Origin: a virus | Lineage: Duplodnaviria > Caudoviricetes | Strand: one strand, 5' to 3' | Length of the DNA: 64,000 nt | IMG/VR virus record: IMGVR_UViG_2706795740_000001 | Span: 32,001-96,000 of that record | In this document: positions 1 to 11,500 of the stretch, piece by piece | Layout of the letters: each line of letters starts with the position of its first letter | How positions within the stretch are numbered: position 1 is the stretch's first letter | Made by a program: the position numbers and the translations under genes | Notes under the pieces: generated by a model | What the model saw: the letters and a program-made list of their open reading frames with translations, nothing else | Database searches by the model: none | Told to the model about the DNA's origin: nothing

Positions 1-1590
1 GCCACTCAGGGCGGTGGAGTATACAGCCGTGACAATAAGTCCGATTTTGTTGAGTATACTGTTGTCTGCCATGATGACACGGATATGGATGTGTATGTTA
101 AGAACAAGGACTCTAAAGGAAACGACAAGTGGGAGAACACTGGAGTCCGCGGAGTCGGATACGTCTATCAAACTAGTCGTATCCTGTTTGCTGTCGGAGC
201 AGGTACGATGTACCTCGACAGTGTTAGATACTCCTTTAATAACTATGCTGTCGAACAGTTTGCATCCCATCTATCTAATTCTTATAACGAGAAGTGGTAT
301 GAGGTCGGTAGTTTTGAGTTTGAAGAAATGTTCACTCTCGATAAGGACATTATGGCATGGGAAGTAAATTCTCATATGGACATGTCTTCTTCTACAGCTC
401 GTATTACCTTGAATAATGCTACTGGCATTTACTCTCCAATGTGGGAGCGAAGACCTGAATTTCCTGACACTTACAAAGTCATGCAGTCGCCTTTGTCTTA
501 TTGGGAAGAAGGGGAGTTGCGTCACGTACTGAGTGAGGGGACTCCTGTCCGTATCTATGCTGGTTACGGAAATGAAATGGTTCGAGTATTCACTGGAATG
601 ATTAAGGGTGAAATCGAAGAGAATGCCGAAGCTAGGACAATCGCTTTTAGCTGTGTTGATAGGTTTGATATGATAGAGGAGTTTGTTTTTTATAAGCCAA
701 TGTCATACCCACCTGCTGAGGCGTATGCAGGTGATGGTGGAGCATATGCTTGGCTAAAATCAAGTATTGTAGAGGACATCGTAATTCAATCAGGGTTAAC
801 GTCATGGAAGATTCATGCCGATGATTTCGTACACAATGATTATGAAATTGATGATACAACATACATTGATGTTAACAGAGGTAAGAACACGTTCATGAAG
901 TTTAACAAAACGACTGGAGATTTGGAAGCCGTCACACAGGAATCCATTAAAACGGTCGGCGGTTGGGAGAATCCATTTGTAGCTTCCGTCACCTTCCCGT
1001 TAGGCACACGTGCCTCAGATGCCATACAATCACTCATTCAGGATATGCCTTACCATGTCTATTGTGACCGATATGGCACGTTCAAAATGCGCCGCTTGAA
1101 CTTCTTGGATACACCTGATTGGGCTATCAAACAAGGAGCTAGTTGGGAGTTCATAGACGGAGAAAACTTACTCGAACTGACTTCCTCCACTGACTACTCT
1201 CGTGTTCGCAATCACCTGATTATTTACGGTAAGACTGGCCTTGCAGAGCACTTCTTTGATAGAGGTTTGCTTGTGGCTACCAAGGGAAATATCCGCACCT
1301 CTGGTATCATGTTGGATTGGATAGAAGAGGTGGACGGGGCTACCATGCGCGGTCTGAAGGAAGAGATAGCTAATAAAATTTTCTTTGATATGAAACGCCA
1401 AGCACGTACAAAAAATGTAGTGGTGAAAGGCAATCCGCTAATAGAACTACTGGATGCTGTTTACGTATATGACAGGAATACGTACACGGCAGACTACTAT
1501 CTTGTGAAAGGTAATAGATTAGTGGGTAGTGAGAAGGGCATGGTCAACTATCTTGAGTTGACTTGGCAGACACTTTCACAGCCCTCATAA
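1..1590 (+). CDS. Baseplate hub/tail-like structural protein (5' truncated by window)
   Basis: Frame is open from base 1; hub-like C-terminus (VVVKGNPLIELLDAVYVYD...YYLVKG); heads the structural cluster. Confidence 0.6.
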   Translation, partial: ATQGGGVYSRDNKSDFVEYTVVCHDDTDMDVYVKNKDSKGNDKWENTGVRGVGYVYQTSRILFAVGAGTMYLDSVRYSFNNYAVEQFASHLSNSYNEKWYEVGSFEFEEMFTLDKDIMAWEVNSHMDMSSSTARITLNNATGIYSPMWERRPEFPDTYKVMQSPLSYWEEGELRHVLSEGTPVRIYAGYGNEMVRVFTGMIKGEIEENAEARTIAFSCVDRFDMIEEFVFYKPMSYPPAEAYAGDGGAYAWLKSSIVEDIVIQSGLTSWKIHADDFVHNDYEIDDTTYIDVNRGKNTFMKFNKTTGDLEAVTQESIKTVGGWENPFVASVTFPLGTRASDAIQSLIQDMPYHVYCDRYGTFKMRRLNFLDTPDWAIKQGASWEFIDGENLLELTSSTDYSRVRNHLIIYGKTGLAEHFFDRGLLVATKGNIRTSGIMLDWIEEVDGATMRGLKEEIANKIFFDMKRQARTKNVVVKGNPLIELLDAVYVYDRNTYTADYYLVKGNRLVGSEKGMVNYLELTWQTLSQPS

Positions 1591-1624
1591 ACCAATAGAA
1601 GGCAAGGAGTGATTACGTCTTTGA

Positions 1625-1655
1625 CGATAATTGTTCCTTGCTTTTTCTTATAATG
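1625..1655 (+). promoter_or_regulatory. Putative late promoter CGATAAT-N15-CTTATAATG
   Basis: Same spacing and -10 box as copies at 14731, 21285, 38907; intergenic, upstream of an RBS. Confidence 0.55.
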
Positions 1656-1678
1656 CTATGGAAGGCGAGGTGGTGTCT

Positions 1679-2098
1679 ATGGAGAATCGCAACTTTCTTA
1701 ATGTCAATGACGTTTTTCCTGTGCTTGATTTAATACGGAGGGAACTTGCCCGCGAAGGTCTTTATACAGGCGGAGATGACTTGACTTTATTAGGAGGAAA
1801 TAAGCCAGAGCCGAACGTGATTAACATTGAAGCATTACGTGAGATGACGGGCTATCCTACACTGGTGACGAAGGTGATTTACACCTATGACAACGGGACA
1901 ATTGAGAAACTAACCCTCGAACGTGATAGCTCTATGGTGGTGGTCGGTTTCCTGATAGAGATTGAACACAAACCATTGGTGAATGAACAAATGGAAGAGG
2001 AAACGGATATCACCTCTTTTAGTGCCATACATGGAACAATTATTCGGGAGAACGGTCTGTTTAAGAATCTTGTCCTCGAATACTCGAAGGCGGTGTAA
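1679..2098 (+). CDS. Hypothetical structural-module protein
   Basis: ORF; RBS GAGGTG favours ATG 1679 over 1631. Confidence 0.65.
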   Translation: MENRNFLNVNDVFPVLDLIRRELAREGLYTGGDDLTLLGGNKPEPNVINIEALREMTGYPTLVTKVIYTYDNGTIEKLTLERDSSMVVVGFLIEIEHKPLVNEQMEEETDITSFSAIHGTIIRENGLFKNLVLEYSKAV

Positions 2099-2101
2099 AG
2101 A

Positions 2102-2488
2102 ATGTCAAGTGCTTCTAATTTTGCAAGCTACGTAGTAGGAGGTAGATTTGACCCGCCTTTCATGCCAACCAAAACAGACCCATATATAGAGGGGATTATG
2201 GTAGAGTCGGCAGGGGCAGGTAAGGTAGAAAACAAACTGACAGTGAACGATGACAGTGAGCTTCTTTCTATCTCAGTGGGAGTATCTAACTATGAAGCGA
2301 AAGACTACTGGAATCTGTATGTCGGCAATAAGCTGGTCTGCAAGAACATCTATACCAAAGACCTGCCTGAAGGAATGTACTTTACGGCAATTATCCCATG
2401 CACTAAAGGGACTCAATTCCATTTTGAGTTCTTCAATGAGGGAGGTAAACCCAAATTTGTTTGGGTAAATTATCAAATGCTGAAGTAG
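2102..2488 (+). CDS. Small beta-rich putative virion protein; paralogue of the N-terminus of 57670..58791
   Basis: YVVGGRFDPPFMPTKT...DYWNLYVGNKLVCKNIYTK matches YIVGGRLDPPYYPTKT...DYWNLTVDGKQVAKNIHCK. Confidence 0.75.
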   Translation: MSSASNFASYVVGGRFDPPFMPTKTDPYIEGIMVESAGAGKVENKLTVNDDSELLSISVGVSNYEAKDYWNLYVGNKLVCKNIYTKDLPEGMYFTAIIPCTKGTQFHFEFFNEGGKPKFVWVNYQMLK

Positions 2489-2504
2489 GAAGGGAGGAGA
2501 TTTT

Positions 2505-5177
2505 ATGGCAGATACTTCATACCAACCAACACCGTGGCTTGACACAATGCTAAACGAAGAACACCTACTTGAAGGGTTGGTGGGCATATGTTTGAATAAC
2601 GGATGGACAAAAGTAGGCGAGTTTACGAAAGTTGTCTATCCAAGTAAGTTGACGAAGCCGACCATTAAAAGATTCTACTTGCCGCTGGCTAACCCTGATG
2701 TAGACGTTCCTGAGGTACTGAATGATGAATACTATATCTTCCTTGAAGGGGAGATTTGCCCGATAACCTATTACAAAGCTGTTAAGAATGGTGACGGCAC
2801 AACAACCATCACGTTCGAGCCGGGGGTGTCGGGCCAAGTCGCAATCTATTACAGTGACGTAAAGGGAACAGATGAGTTCGAGTTCTATGTGGCCAAGCAC
2901 TATATTGTACGTAATGCTTCTGGCAACCTTTTCGGCATGGCGATGCTTGCCAACTTTAAAGAGCAGATGCAGAATACGGGCTGTAAAGTTCCATTCTCCA
3001 TCTACGATTCCAATATTGACGACGAGTATGATTTTGGGGCACAACTGAGACCACAGGACTTAGGCGTTTTTTCTTGGGCGAAGCAGAAAGCGGAAGAGGA
3101 AGGACTGTATGAGCGGCATACGCTTTACTTTTATCAATTAGAGAAGTTCGCTAATGGCGGACGATGGTTAACGGGGTGGGATAAACCAGCAGACTACAAG
3201 AGGCTGGCGCTAGATGCAGAAATTCAAACAACTATGTGGGGTCTGGCAGACCAAACAAATGCCTTGCAGTTCAAGATTACTGACAAGTACCCATCTAACT
3301 ATCAATCACCCATAGTGACGGCTCATACCCGTATCCCACAGCTTGAGAACGTAGAGAAGCTAGGGTTCTTAGACGTAAAGTACACGAACTGGTGGGATGA
3401 CAGTAAGGTATTCGTCAAGGGATTCATTGACGGAAAATCCCTAATGTTCATTATTATTGCGGACACTGCTCCGGTTTGGGACAGCAACGCCGTTCCTGCT
3501 ATTCCTCTCTACATGGGTGACTTTGAAATCGACGGAGCTAAAGATGAGGTAGTGAACCGCGACATTACATTCGATTTCCATGAAGCTCAGACAAGGGCTT
3601 CTACTGTCATTTCTAGTAAGCCTATGATCAATGCAGGCTCTACTGTAAAGATTTGGCTTATGGGGGACTGTGACGGAGATGTAGGTAATGAATCTATTAC
3701 CCTGAAGATTGGCGATACGGAAGTAGGGAAGTTTAATACCGCAGACGCAGTAGAGCCTACAGGTAACAGGGACGATGCTCAGTTCATGGGTGAGTTTCCT
3801 ATAACGGGTGTGGAGGGTAAGAATAACGTAACCATCGAAGCAGTCAGTGACAGCGACGTGAGCGGTTACAGTCCTGTGTCTGCTAGAATGTGGTTGGAGC
3901 TGACCATTAACACTGACAAGAACGCTGATGGCGCGCCGTCTGCTCTATTCTCCGGTACTGCTTACAGCAAGGACGGAGAGGACGTAACCAAGGCTCTGAA
4001 GCGATCAGCAGAATTTGACTATGATGATGTGAATTTGAAGCAAGAGGTTCTTCTTCCAATCATGAAAGATTACTCGCACTATCCAAGTAATGGTGTTGAT
4101 TCTATCATGGTCAAAAGGACAAAATACGGGGCAAGATATCAGGCCCATTACCTTTCGTGGAACGTTCCATCCAACACTATGCCCCCTGTTAGGCAGAATA
4201 AGGACGGACACAAACACCCAAGGGCATGGGACAATTTCATGAATGAGCAGTACAAATTCCAGTTCAGTCCGTCACGTTATAGCGGCAAAGCACACTCTTC
4301 AAGAGCGCTCCTAATTCACCCTGAAGATGGCGGATTTGGAACATTGCGAAATGTTATTTTGGTGTCACCCTTAACTATAATGAATGGTGATGAATTGAAA
4401 GTTGTTAAAAACCACTGTGATGATGAGAATAAATATGAGGTGTATTCTTATTATTTGGTAGAGGGCATTTCCCCTCTAACAAAAAGACCAGCAACGGCAT
4501 TTAGGCCTGCGGGGCTGGGCATCTTAAAGGCAGGGTACACGTTACCTGAGATTCCACCCCCACCGCCTCCTCCTCCGCCGTTAGTTGTAAATATCAGCCC
4601 TTCTAGTTCGACTATAGAAGCAGGAGCAAGTATTAAATTCACCTCAACTTATAGTAAGCATTCTCCTATGTCTAATTTCAAGTGGGACGTTTCCAGCGAT
4701 GTATCGAGAGGTAGTTTTACGGTGGATAATGCAACATTCGTGTTCAAGAATGCAGGGACGTACCAAGTCGCATTCGCATTTTGGAATGAGTTGGGACAGA
4801 AGGGAGTGGTATCCGCCACTGTGGTTGTCAATGAACCGCCTCTTCCCCCGCCCCCACCGCCCCCTCCCCCACCGCCAAATACGTTGCAGTGTGGTCACTT
4901 AAATGACACAGGCGGAGGTAGGATTACTGAAAAGTACCATGAGATGGGAGATAAGTCAGGCTCAGTAAGAATCGACTACGATATGTACGGATACCCCGAC
5001 AGAATTGACGTTTTTTACCAAAGTCAGTTACTTGCATCGTCCAACGGCTATGTGGTGAATAAAGGTCAAGTAAACTTCTCATACGCACCTGTAGGGGGAG
5101 TAACTCAGATTAAGGTAATTATTAGTTCTGACTCGGATGGAACAAGTTGGGAATACATGGTTAACTGCCCTGTGTAG
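2505..5177 (+). CDS. Putative virion protein, paralogue 1, with poly-Pro linkers and PKD/Ig-like C-terminal domains
   Basis: Shares TNWWxDS, GARYQAHYLSWN, PSRYSxKxH and VEGxSPLTK motifs with the next gene; two poly-Pro tracts. Confidence 0.75.
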   Translation: MADTSYQPTPWLDTMLNEEHLLEGLVGICLNNGWTKVGEFTKVVYPSKLTKPTIKRFYLPLANPDVDVPEVLNDEYYIFLEGEICPITYYKAVKNGDGTTTITFEPGVSGQVAIYYSDVKGTDEFEFYVAKHYIVRNASGNLFGMAMLANFKEQMQNTGCKVPFSIYDSNIDDEYDFGAQLRPQDLGVFSWAKQKAEEEGLYERHTLYFYQLEKFANGGRWLTGWDKPADYKRLALDAEIQTTMWGLADQTNALQFKITDKYPSNYQSPIVTAHTRIPQLENVEKLGFLDVKYTNWWDDSKVFVKGFIDGKSLMFIIIADTAPVWDSNAVPAIPLYMGDFEIDGAKDEVVNRDITFDFHEAQTRASTVISSKPMINAGSTVKIWLMGDCDGDVGNESITLKIGDTEVGKFNTADAVEPTGNRDDAQFMGEFPITGVEGKNNVTIEAVSDSDVSGYSPVSARMWLELTINTDKNADGAPSALFSGTAYSKDGEDVTKALKRSAEFDYDDVNLKQEVLLPIMKDYSHYPSNGVDSIMVKRTKYGARYQAHYLSWNVPSNTMPPVRQNKDGHKHPRAWDNFMNEQYKFQFSPSRYSGKAHSSRALLIHPEDGGFGTLRNVILVSPLTIMNGDELKVVKNHCDDENKYEVYSYYLVEGISPLTKRPATAFRPAGLGILKAGYTLPEIPPPPPPPPPLVVNISPSSSTIEAGASIKFTSTYSKHSPMSNFKWDVSSDVSRGSFTVDNATFVFKNAGTYQVAFAFWNELGQKGVVSATVVVNEPPLPPPPPPPPPPPNTLQCGHLNDTGGGRITEKYHEMGDKSGSVRIDYDMYGYPDRIDVFYQSQLLASSNGYVVNKGQVNFSYAPVGGVTQIKVIISSDSDGTSWEYMVNCPV

Positions 5178-5192
5178 CACAGGGCGGCTTTT
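5165..5192 (+). terminator. Intrinsic terminator
   Basis: CTGCCCTGTG-TAG-CACAGGGCGG followed by T-run. Confidence 0.6.
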
Positions 5193-5223
5193 ATAACAAA
5201 GAGAGTAAAGGGGTGCTATATAA

Positions 5224-6684
5224 ATGCTGTTTATTGATACGACACCTGCCTCTTTTACCCCAAGGGTAACGGAAGCAGATATTCAGCCACGTTTGGGTGA
5301 CTTACTGAAAACAGCAGGGTGGAAGGTAGCCGCTAACTTTAAAAAGGTGGTTTTTGATGCAGTTTTGACAAACCCAGTTGTAGGTCTGAACGATTCTGCG
5401 AGCATCCCCATCTATGTGGCAGAGCACTTTATTTATGCTAATAAAGAAAATAAGATGTTTGGCGTAGCTGTAATGGGTACGTGGGCACAGAACTTGGGTC
5501 AGCTTAGGAAAATGAATAAGTCTCCTGAGCCTAGCACTAATGGAGGGGCTACATTAGAGATATTCGGGGAATGGGCAACGAACGAGTTCCGTAAATACCG
5601 TTCCCCACAAACTTTGTATATCTATATGGTAGAAGATTTAAAAGGTCTGATCCCCAACAGCCCTGATATTGTCCTCGGTTGGGATACAAATTCGGCGGAC
5701 ACATTCAAACGTGCCGTTCTTGACATTGAAGTAGAAGCTTCAGAGTGGACAGGCTCTCCGGGAATATTTAGAGTAAGTAGTGCTGAAGGGGGTCGAATGC
5801 AATCCCCGATCATGCAGGCCGGGCTTCGTACACATTTGCTAGAAAACTATTACGATGAGGATTATCACTACGCTATTCAAAATACGAACTGGTGGCATGA
5901 TTCGGAGATTTCTATTAAAGGCCATTTGGATGAAACAAACCTATTCTTCATTGTACAGTGCGATAACGTACCTGCGCCTGAAGGAAACCTTGTTCCAGTA
6001 ATTCCACTGTACTTCGGTAAGCTTGACCCATTGGAAGAAGGGGATAACGCTTACGCATTATTTACAGGCAGTGTGCCTATAGTCAGCACAGTAGGCAATC
6101 TGGAGTCTAAGTTAGAAGCTATCGCCAAGTATGATTATGACGATACAACTAAGAAGACTCCAAACATCATGCCGCTTATGAAAACCTATCCTAAGTTCCC
6201 TGCGAATGGTCTGGATAATGTCATGGTAAGTCGCGGTAAACTAGGTGCTCGATATCAGGCACACTATCTATCATGGAACGCTCCCGCTAATGGCATCGAA
6301 CCTGCACGTACCTCAGTAGACGGCAGGGATTACCCACGTGCTTGGAACAATGCGGAGAATCCGCTTTATAAATATTCTTTTAACCCGTCCCGTTACAGTC
6401 AGAAAGTCCACACCTCCAAGGTATACGTAATCCATCCCGAAGAGGGCGTACGTGGTTCTTTGAAAGGCACTATTGGATTATCGGCAATGTCCTTTAACGC
6501 CAATAAGCTACGTGTTAAGAAGACACATTGTCCCGAACAGTTCGATGTATTCCGCTACTTTTTGGTGGAGGGCGTATCCCCATTAACTAAAAAGCCGGGA
6601 ACACAGTATCGCCCAATGGGTATTGGATTGTACTTCAATACTGTGGATGATGAGGGAAATGAGGTAACTCCGCCTACTCCTTAA
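5224..6684 (+). CDS. Putative virion protein, paralogue 2
   Basis: Conserved motifs shared with 2505..5177. Confidence 0.75.
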   Translation: MLFIDTTPASFTPRVTEADIQPRLGDLLKTAGWKVAANFKKVVFDAVLTNPVVGLNDSASIPIYVAEHFIYANKENKMFGVAVMGTWAQNLGQLRKMNKSPEPSTNGGATLEIFGEWATNEFRKYRSPQTLYIYMVEDLKGLIPNSPDIVLGWDTNSADTFKRAVLDIEVEASEWTGSPGIFRVSSAEGGRMQSPIMQAGLRTHLLENYYDEDYHYAIQNTNWWHDSEISIKGHLDETNLFFIVQCDNVPAPEGNLVPVIPLYFGKLDPLEEGDNAYALFTGSVPIVSTVGNLESKLEAIAKYDYDDTTKKTPNIMPLMKTYPKFPANGLDNVMVSRGKLGARYQAHYLSWNAPANGIEPARTSVDGRDYPRAWNNAENPLYKYSFNPSRYSQKVHTSKVYVIHPEEGVRGSLKGTIGLSAMSFNANKLRVKKTHCPEQFDVFRYFLVEGVSPLTKKPGTQYRPMGIGLYFNTVDDEGNEVTPPTP

Positions 6685-6716
6685 TTGGGGCGGACTAAAA
6701 CGTGAGGTGATTAATC

Positions 6717-8534
6717 GTGAGTTGGTTCGATGGAGATTCAACGATTCAGTTGTTCCCGCAAGACCTTGAAAAGTTGTTTAATTCTAAAGGCTGGAACACT
6801 TTCATTAAATATCGTTCTGTATCCGAAGATGCTCAAAAGTTCGCGGATGTCCGGCTGTTCCGATCTTTGGGTTCGGACGGTCAAATGCGAAATTTCGGCA
6901 TGGCGTACGGGTATGGGAAGACGACTAAACCTGAGTTGGGTGAGCAGGAGTTTATTTCCCAAAACTCAGTGTTAGGGGCTTTGGTAAAAGATGAAACACT
7001 CAATACCAAATTCCGTTTTAAGGTTTACCCTGTGATTAAAGATTCTGTGATTGTATACAAGAACAGTAATGTTGTGCCAGATACGGAATATGAATTAGAC
7101 GAGCTTAAGGGTATCGTAACATTCACTTCCGCGCCTGATGCTACTGATATTATTACAGCAAACTACTCGCCATCGCCTATTGCACCACAACCAGTAAAGC
7201 GACTTTACTTTTTCACTTTTGATGATGTGCGTGGAGAGAAGATTGTGCAAGGCATTAGTGGCGGAGTAAAGGTGGGAGACCCTGAGTCCATCTTGCCCGA
7301 TGGAGACGGAGTTCGCAAGGCATTTCCGATTCCTACCGAATCGACAATAAAAGCAGACACAGTTCGTATTTACATCAACCAAGTTGAGCAAACTGAAACA
7401 GCTTTCTCAGTTGACTACGCCACAAACACAATAACATTTGTTGTCGCACCGGACGCAGGGGCAGAAATCCACGCATCTTACATTCGAATCTTGAATGCGA
7501 CAGGAACGCAAACATTAAACTATGGGGATGTTAGGGTTAAGAACTTTGACCCTAATAAGGGAGATACGCTAATGAACGCAGTGTATTCTGCGCTATATTA
7601 CATCTATCCTTCTCTTCCGACGGCATTGTCCTTCACTCCACTACAAGACTTTGATAGAGGGTGGCAACGTGACAGCACAATGTACTATTGGGGCAATGTT
7701 ACAAAAGACCGAATTGTTATGTTCTTTAGACCTGACCCGACTCCGGGGGCAGAAAACACGTACTTTGCACCGTTGTACATTGGTCGCCTGACCACACTAG
7801 GTAAGTCTCCACGTAAGAACCATGTGCTCATTGCTGGATGTCGAGAAGCAGATGAGGTGGTATGGAAAAAGGATTTGAAGCTCGGTGCTATTTACGTAGA
7901 CTACGGAAACCACACCTCAAACGGTAACAGAAGCGTACAGCTTCAACAGTCCATTGGCGGCACGTACTACCAACAGCACTACTTAGCGTTCATCACCCAT
8001 GACAAGGAAGTTGATGCAGGTCAATCGCGATTTAATCCGTCGGTTTACACTGGTAAGTACCACATATCCCCAATGTACATTGTTCACCCTAATGACGGGT
8101 TCGTAGGGAAATTGGATGAGTGCTATGCTGTCCACCCCAAGAACATTTCTCAATTGGATGAACTGGAAGTCATCGAGACATCGGAGAATGAAGATTTAGG
8201 CAAGGGTGACGGATTTAACAAAATCTTCCACTTAGCTCACCAACCTTCTCTCAAAGACGATGGTACGCCATTCAAGTTGGATATTAGAGTAGACTGCGTA
8301 CTGCAAACACTTGGCACAGACTACAACATTGACATGGAGACGAAGACTATTACTTTCGTTGACGGAAAATTGCCTGCGTCGGGCAAAGAAGTGATTGCGA
8401 CTTACGAGTATAAACAACTCTATCGCTACACTCTTGCAGATACCCCAGTTAGCCCGTTCACACTGGCAAATATGTCTCCGTTCGCCCCTATTGGTCTCGG
8501 TATCTTGAAAGAGACCCTTAAGAAGAACAGTTAA
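6717..8534 (+). CDS. Putative virion protein, paralogue 3, with inserted GDG-x4-F beta modules
   Basis: YQQHYLAF, FNPSVYTGKYH, PIGLGIL shared core; repeated GDGxxxxF and DYxxD motifs. Confidence 0.7.
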   Translation: MSWFDGDSTIQLFPQDLEKLFNSKGWNTFIKYRSVSEDAQKFADVRLFRSLGSDGQMRNFGMAYGYGKTTKPELGEQEFISQNSVLGALVKDETLNTKFRFKVYPVIKDSVIVYKNSNVVPDTEYELDELKGIVTFTSAPDATDIITANYSPSPIAPQPVKRLYFFTFDDVRGEKIVQGISGGVKVGDPESILPDGDGVRKAFPIPTESTIKADTVRIYINQVEQTETAFSVDYATNTITFVVAPDAGAEIHASYIRILNATGTQTLNYGDVRVKNFDPNKGDTLMNAVYSALYYIYPSLPTALSFTPLQDFDRGWQRDSTMYYWGNVTKDRIVMFFRPDPTPGAENTYFAPLYIGRLTTLGKSPRKNHVLIAGCREADEVVWKKDLKLGAIYVDYGNHTSNGNRSVQLQQSIGGTYYQQHYLAFITHDKEVDAGQSRFNPSVYTGKYHISPMYIVHPNDGFVGKLDECYAVHPKNISQLDELEVIETSENEDLGKGDGFNKIFHLAHQPSLKDDGTPFKLDIRVDCVLQTLGTDYNIDMETKTITFVDGKLPASGKEVIATYEYKQLYRYTLADTPVSPFTLANMSPFAPIGLGILKETLKKNS

Positions 8535-8562
8535 TCAATAAGTAAGGGAGGTCGGCGGTGAA

Positions 8563-11500
8563 ATGCTGAATGGTAAGAAGTCTTACCTAATCAGTTTCAC
8601 CGCCCTTTTTGCTAAAAAGGGCTATGAACTGAAGGTAGGCGTAGAAGAATTTATTAACTCTAATAATCAGTACCATCTGACCGCTCCCGTAAATAGCACC
8701 TATCGGACTTTGAAAGAAGATACCATGAGGGATGCTAGTAAAGTTCCACACTCTGCTACCGGATTGTTTGGTAGATTATTTCGTGCAAAAAACATAACGG
8801 AGCATGAAGGGTTTGAAATTGAAACGGTTGTCGCTTCTATCACATCATACTTGTCGGACATCCATAGGCACTTCAATGGCGAGACAGTTTCCATAGTTGA
8901 AACAGAAGTGATGTACAGTACGGACAAACTAGAAAGGGCCATTAATGCTGATGTTGCTACGGCCAATGAAACCCAATCTGCTCCTGATAGTACATACATT
9001 CAGGAAATTATGGAGGGGGGCTTATACGATGTCATTGCTAAGATTGATGAAATAAACAAAGCCAAAATGCCCATGAATAGTGAGACCGGGGAGTACGATG
9101 ATTATGATACAGCCTCCCCCTACAGCAGACTTGAAGGCTTAGTGGATGGTGTAAACCTCTCCCGTACCTACGAATTAGACTTAAATGCAATGATAGAGCG
9201 GGCAGAATCCTCAAGCATCGTAAGGCAGATTCTTAGCGGGGGTGTGGATATTATTAGTCATGCCACTCATGCCCCCAATGACGTAAACCAAGGGTGTGTC
9301 CACTATGGCCATGAAGGTTACGTAATCGGCAATGACTCTGTGATTACCAAGACAGGATACGCAGAAACCGTAGAGAATATGCACATGGAGAAATGGACAA
9401 CTCATGAAATTCACATGAAAGCCATTACACTGGATGTTGAACATAGGGCCAGTAGCAGAGCCTTGATAGATTTGGAACAAACCTACACCGGGTATAAGGC
9501 AGAGGTTACTGCGCAGGCAATTGTGGAGGGTACTGAAAATGCTACCAACTCCATGTCACTTGATTCTCAGGCGGAGCTATTTACAGTAGCTGATACCTAC
9601 GGCAATGGGGAAGAGAATGTATGTCTAACTGAAGTGGAATCAGTACAGAACGGGGAACTGAGTGAAGCAGTTGCGGCGGAGGACATAGTTGATATTGACC
9701 TACAGAAAACAGTATTTTCTGAAACCTTTATGGATTCCGATATGCAGGATTATACACAGATCGGCCTTATTCTTGAAGGTCATACTCAGGAAACAATCAC
9801 CGGAGACCTGATACAGCCGACCTACGACGGGAAGGTAGAAGGAAGAATAGTCGATAGTGAGAATATTGCCAACACATTAATAGAAGAGACGGTTTTTTAT
9901 TTCACTGAGCAAAGTGCCCACATCGAGGAGTACACTGAAGCAGGAACGGAGATTCACCCTCTTGTTGAACTGCCGCACTTAGCAGAAGCTATCATTTATT
10001 ACTTCGACTCTAATATCGACAGAGTTGACTCATCTACCGCCCACATTAAAGAAGGACTTACACTCACCACGACGATTGCTGACAATCACCAAAATGCCGA
10101 CTTACAGCTACTTCGGCGGGCAGACACCTCTAACGATACCATAATATATCATACATCTTTAAGTACCAAGCATCAGGAGGAAGGGGTTTCCCCTGTAGGG
10201 GTTGAGTTCGGCAGGGAAGAGGTAGGTTATGAATCGTATTCGGCAATGGGGCTGAGTGCCACAGAACGGAACACTAAGGATGCTCACGAGGGTTCAGTAC
10301 TGACGGAAGGTGGGCAAACAACAGAAGAGGCTGTAATCCTCTTTCCTGTGAGAGACACCGACTACGGCCGTGCCGCTGATGTGTCAGTCATTGCTAATTC
10401 ACACCAGAATCTGGAAACTAATAACGCCGATGGAGCTGTAGAGTACGCTTCTATGGGGCTTGTATGGAAGTCACTTGAAGCAGATAACGAAAGATTTACT
10501 GATACGCTCTTTTTCAACGAAGGTTTAGGTACTAACAAAATTCTTACCGATTCTGTAATGCATTTAGGAGAGGGTTCTTTAGTCGAGCACATCCTTGATA
10601 CCAAAAATATTACAAAAGATAGGGATGGTGTCGTGGAAGAATTAACTGCGGCAGAGACAGGCCCTAGCATAAAAAGTGACACCCAAGTCCTTTTGACATT
10701 CGAGCAACTAAAAGACATTATCGCGAATGAACCGGAAATCATGAGAACTGTCCGGTTAATGGAAATCATGTATGGTTCAAGGGCTGTGGAATTAATAGAA
10801 GCAGGAATGGAAGACATTATGCATGACAGCTTGAATGAGGGTTTTTCAGCTTCTGACAAGACAGCTATTACTGAATCCGTCATTGAGCAGATCAAACAGG
10901 CGGGCGCAGGAGTCACAGCATACGCTTCTACTCAAGAGTACAGTCAGGCAGATCAGAACAAGAGCGGTGACGTGCTTGTCGATAGCGCAGAGCAAGGTAA
11001 GTCCGAAATTAGGGATGAAGCCACAAAAGAAGAGGTGGTAATGTCTTCCATATATGCGTTTAATAGACCTACTGATCTTGCGGCATTGAGTCGATCTATT
11101 GTGCAAGCTAGCCATAATATGAGCATTGACCATGAGATTAACAAGGCTGAACTAGCTACGTTTGGCATAGGATTGAAGCCCCAAGAGAATGAGACAGCAG
11201 ACACTATAAGTAAAGAGGAAGTCGTTGTCAAGTTCACGGAAACTGCTGAAACAGGTATAGGTAGGAGTGGAGAAGGCCCTTACAAATTGAAGTCAGTTAC
11301 AAAAGGCATAGGTTTTGAGGGAGTTCTAGCCGAGACCGATACAGGGCAGACAATCTCCAGCGGAGAAGGCATTTTGTGTGACACAGAAATGACAGACTAC
11401 TCTGTAGACAGGAATACAGTAGATGGCCCTATCACTTCTGAAACAGCAGTCAGCAGTGCAAGCGCCACGGGAATTGAACGCAGGCCAGAGTGGGCAGAAT

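Noticed and set aside
1621-1654. SigA promoter TTGACG...TATAAT
   Set aside because: The 22-nt spacer is too long; the late-motif reading fits better
4554-4877. C-rich tracts as phase-variation sites
   Set aside because: They encode in-frame poly-Pro linkers with mixed codons
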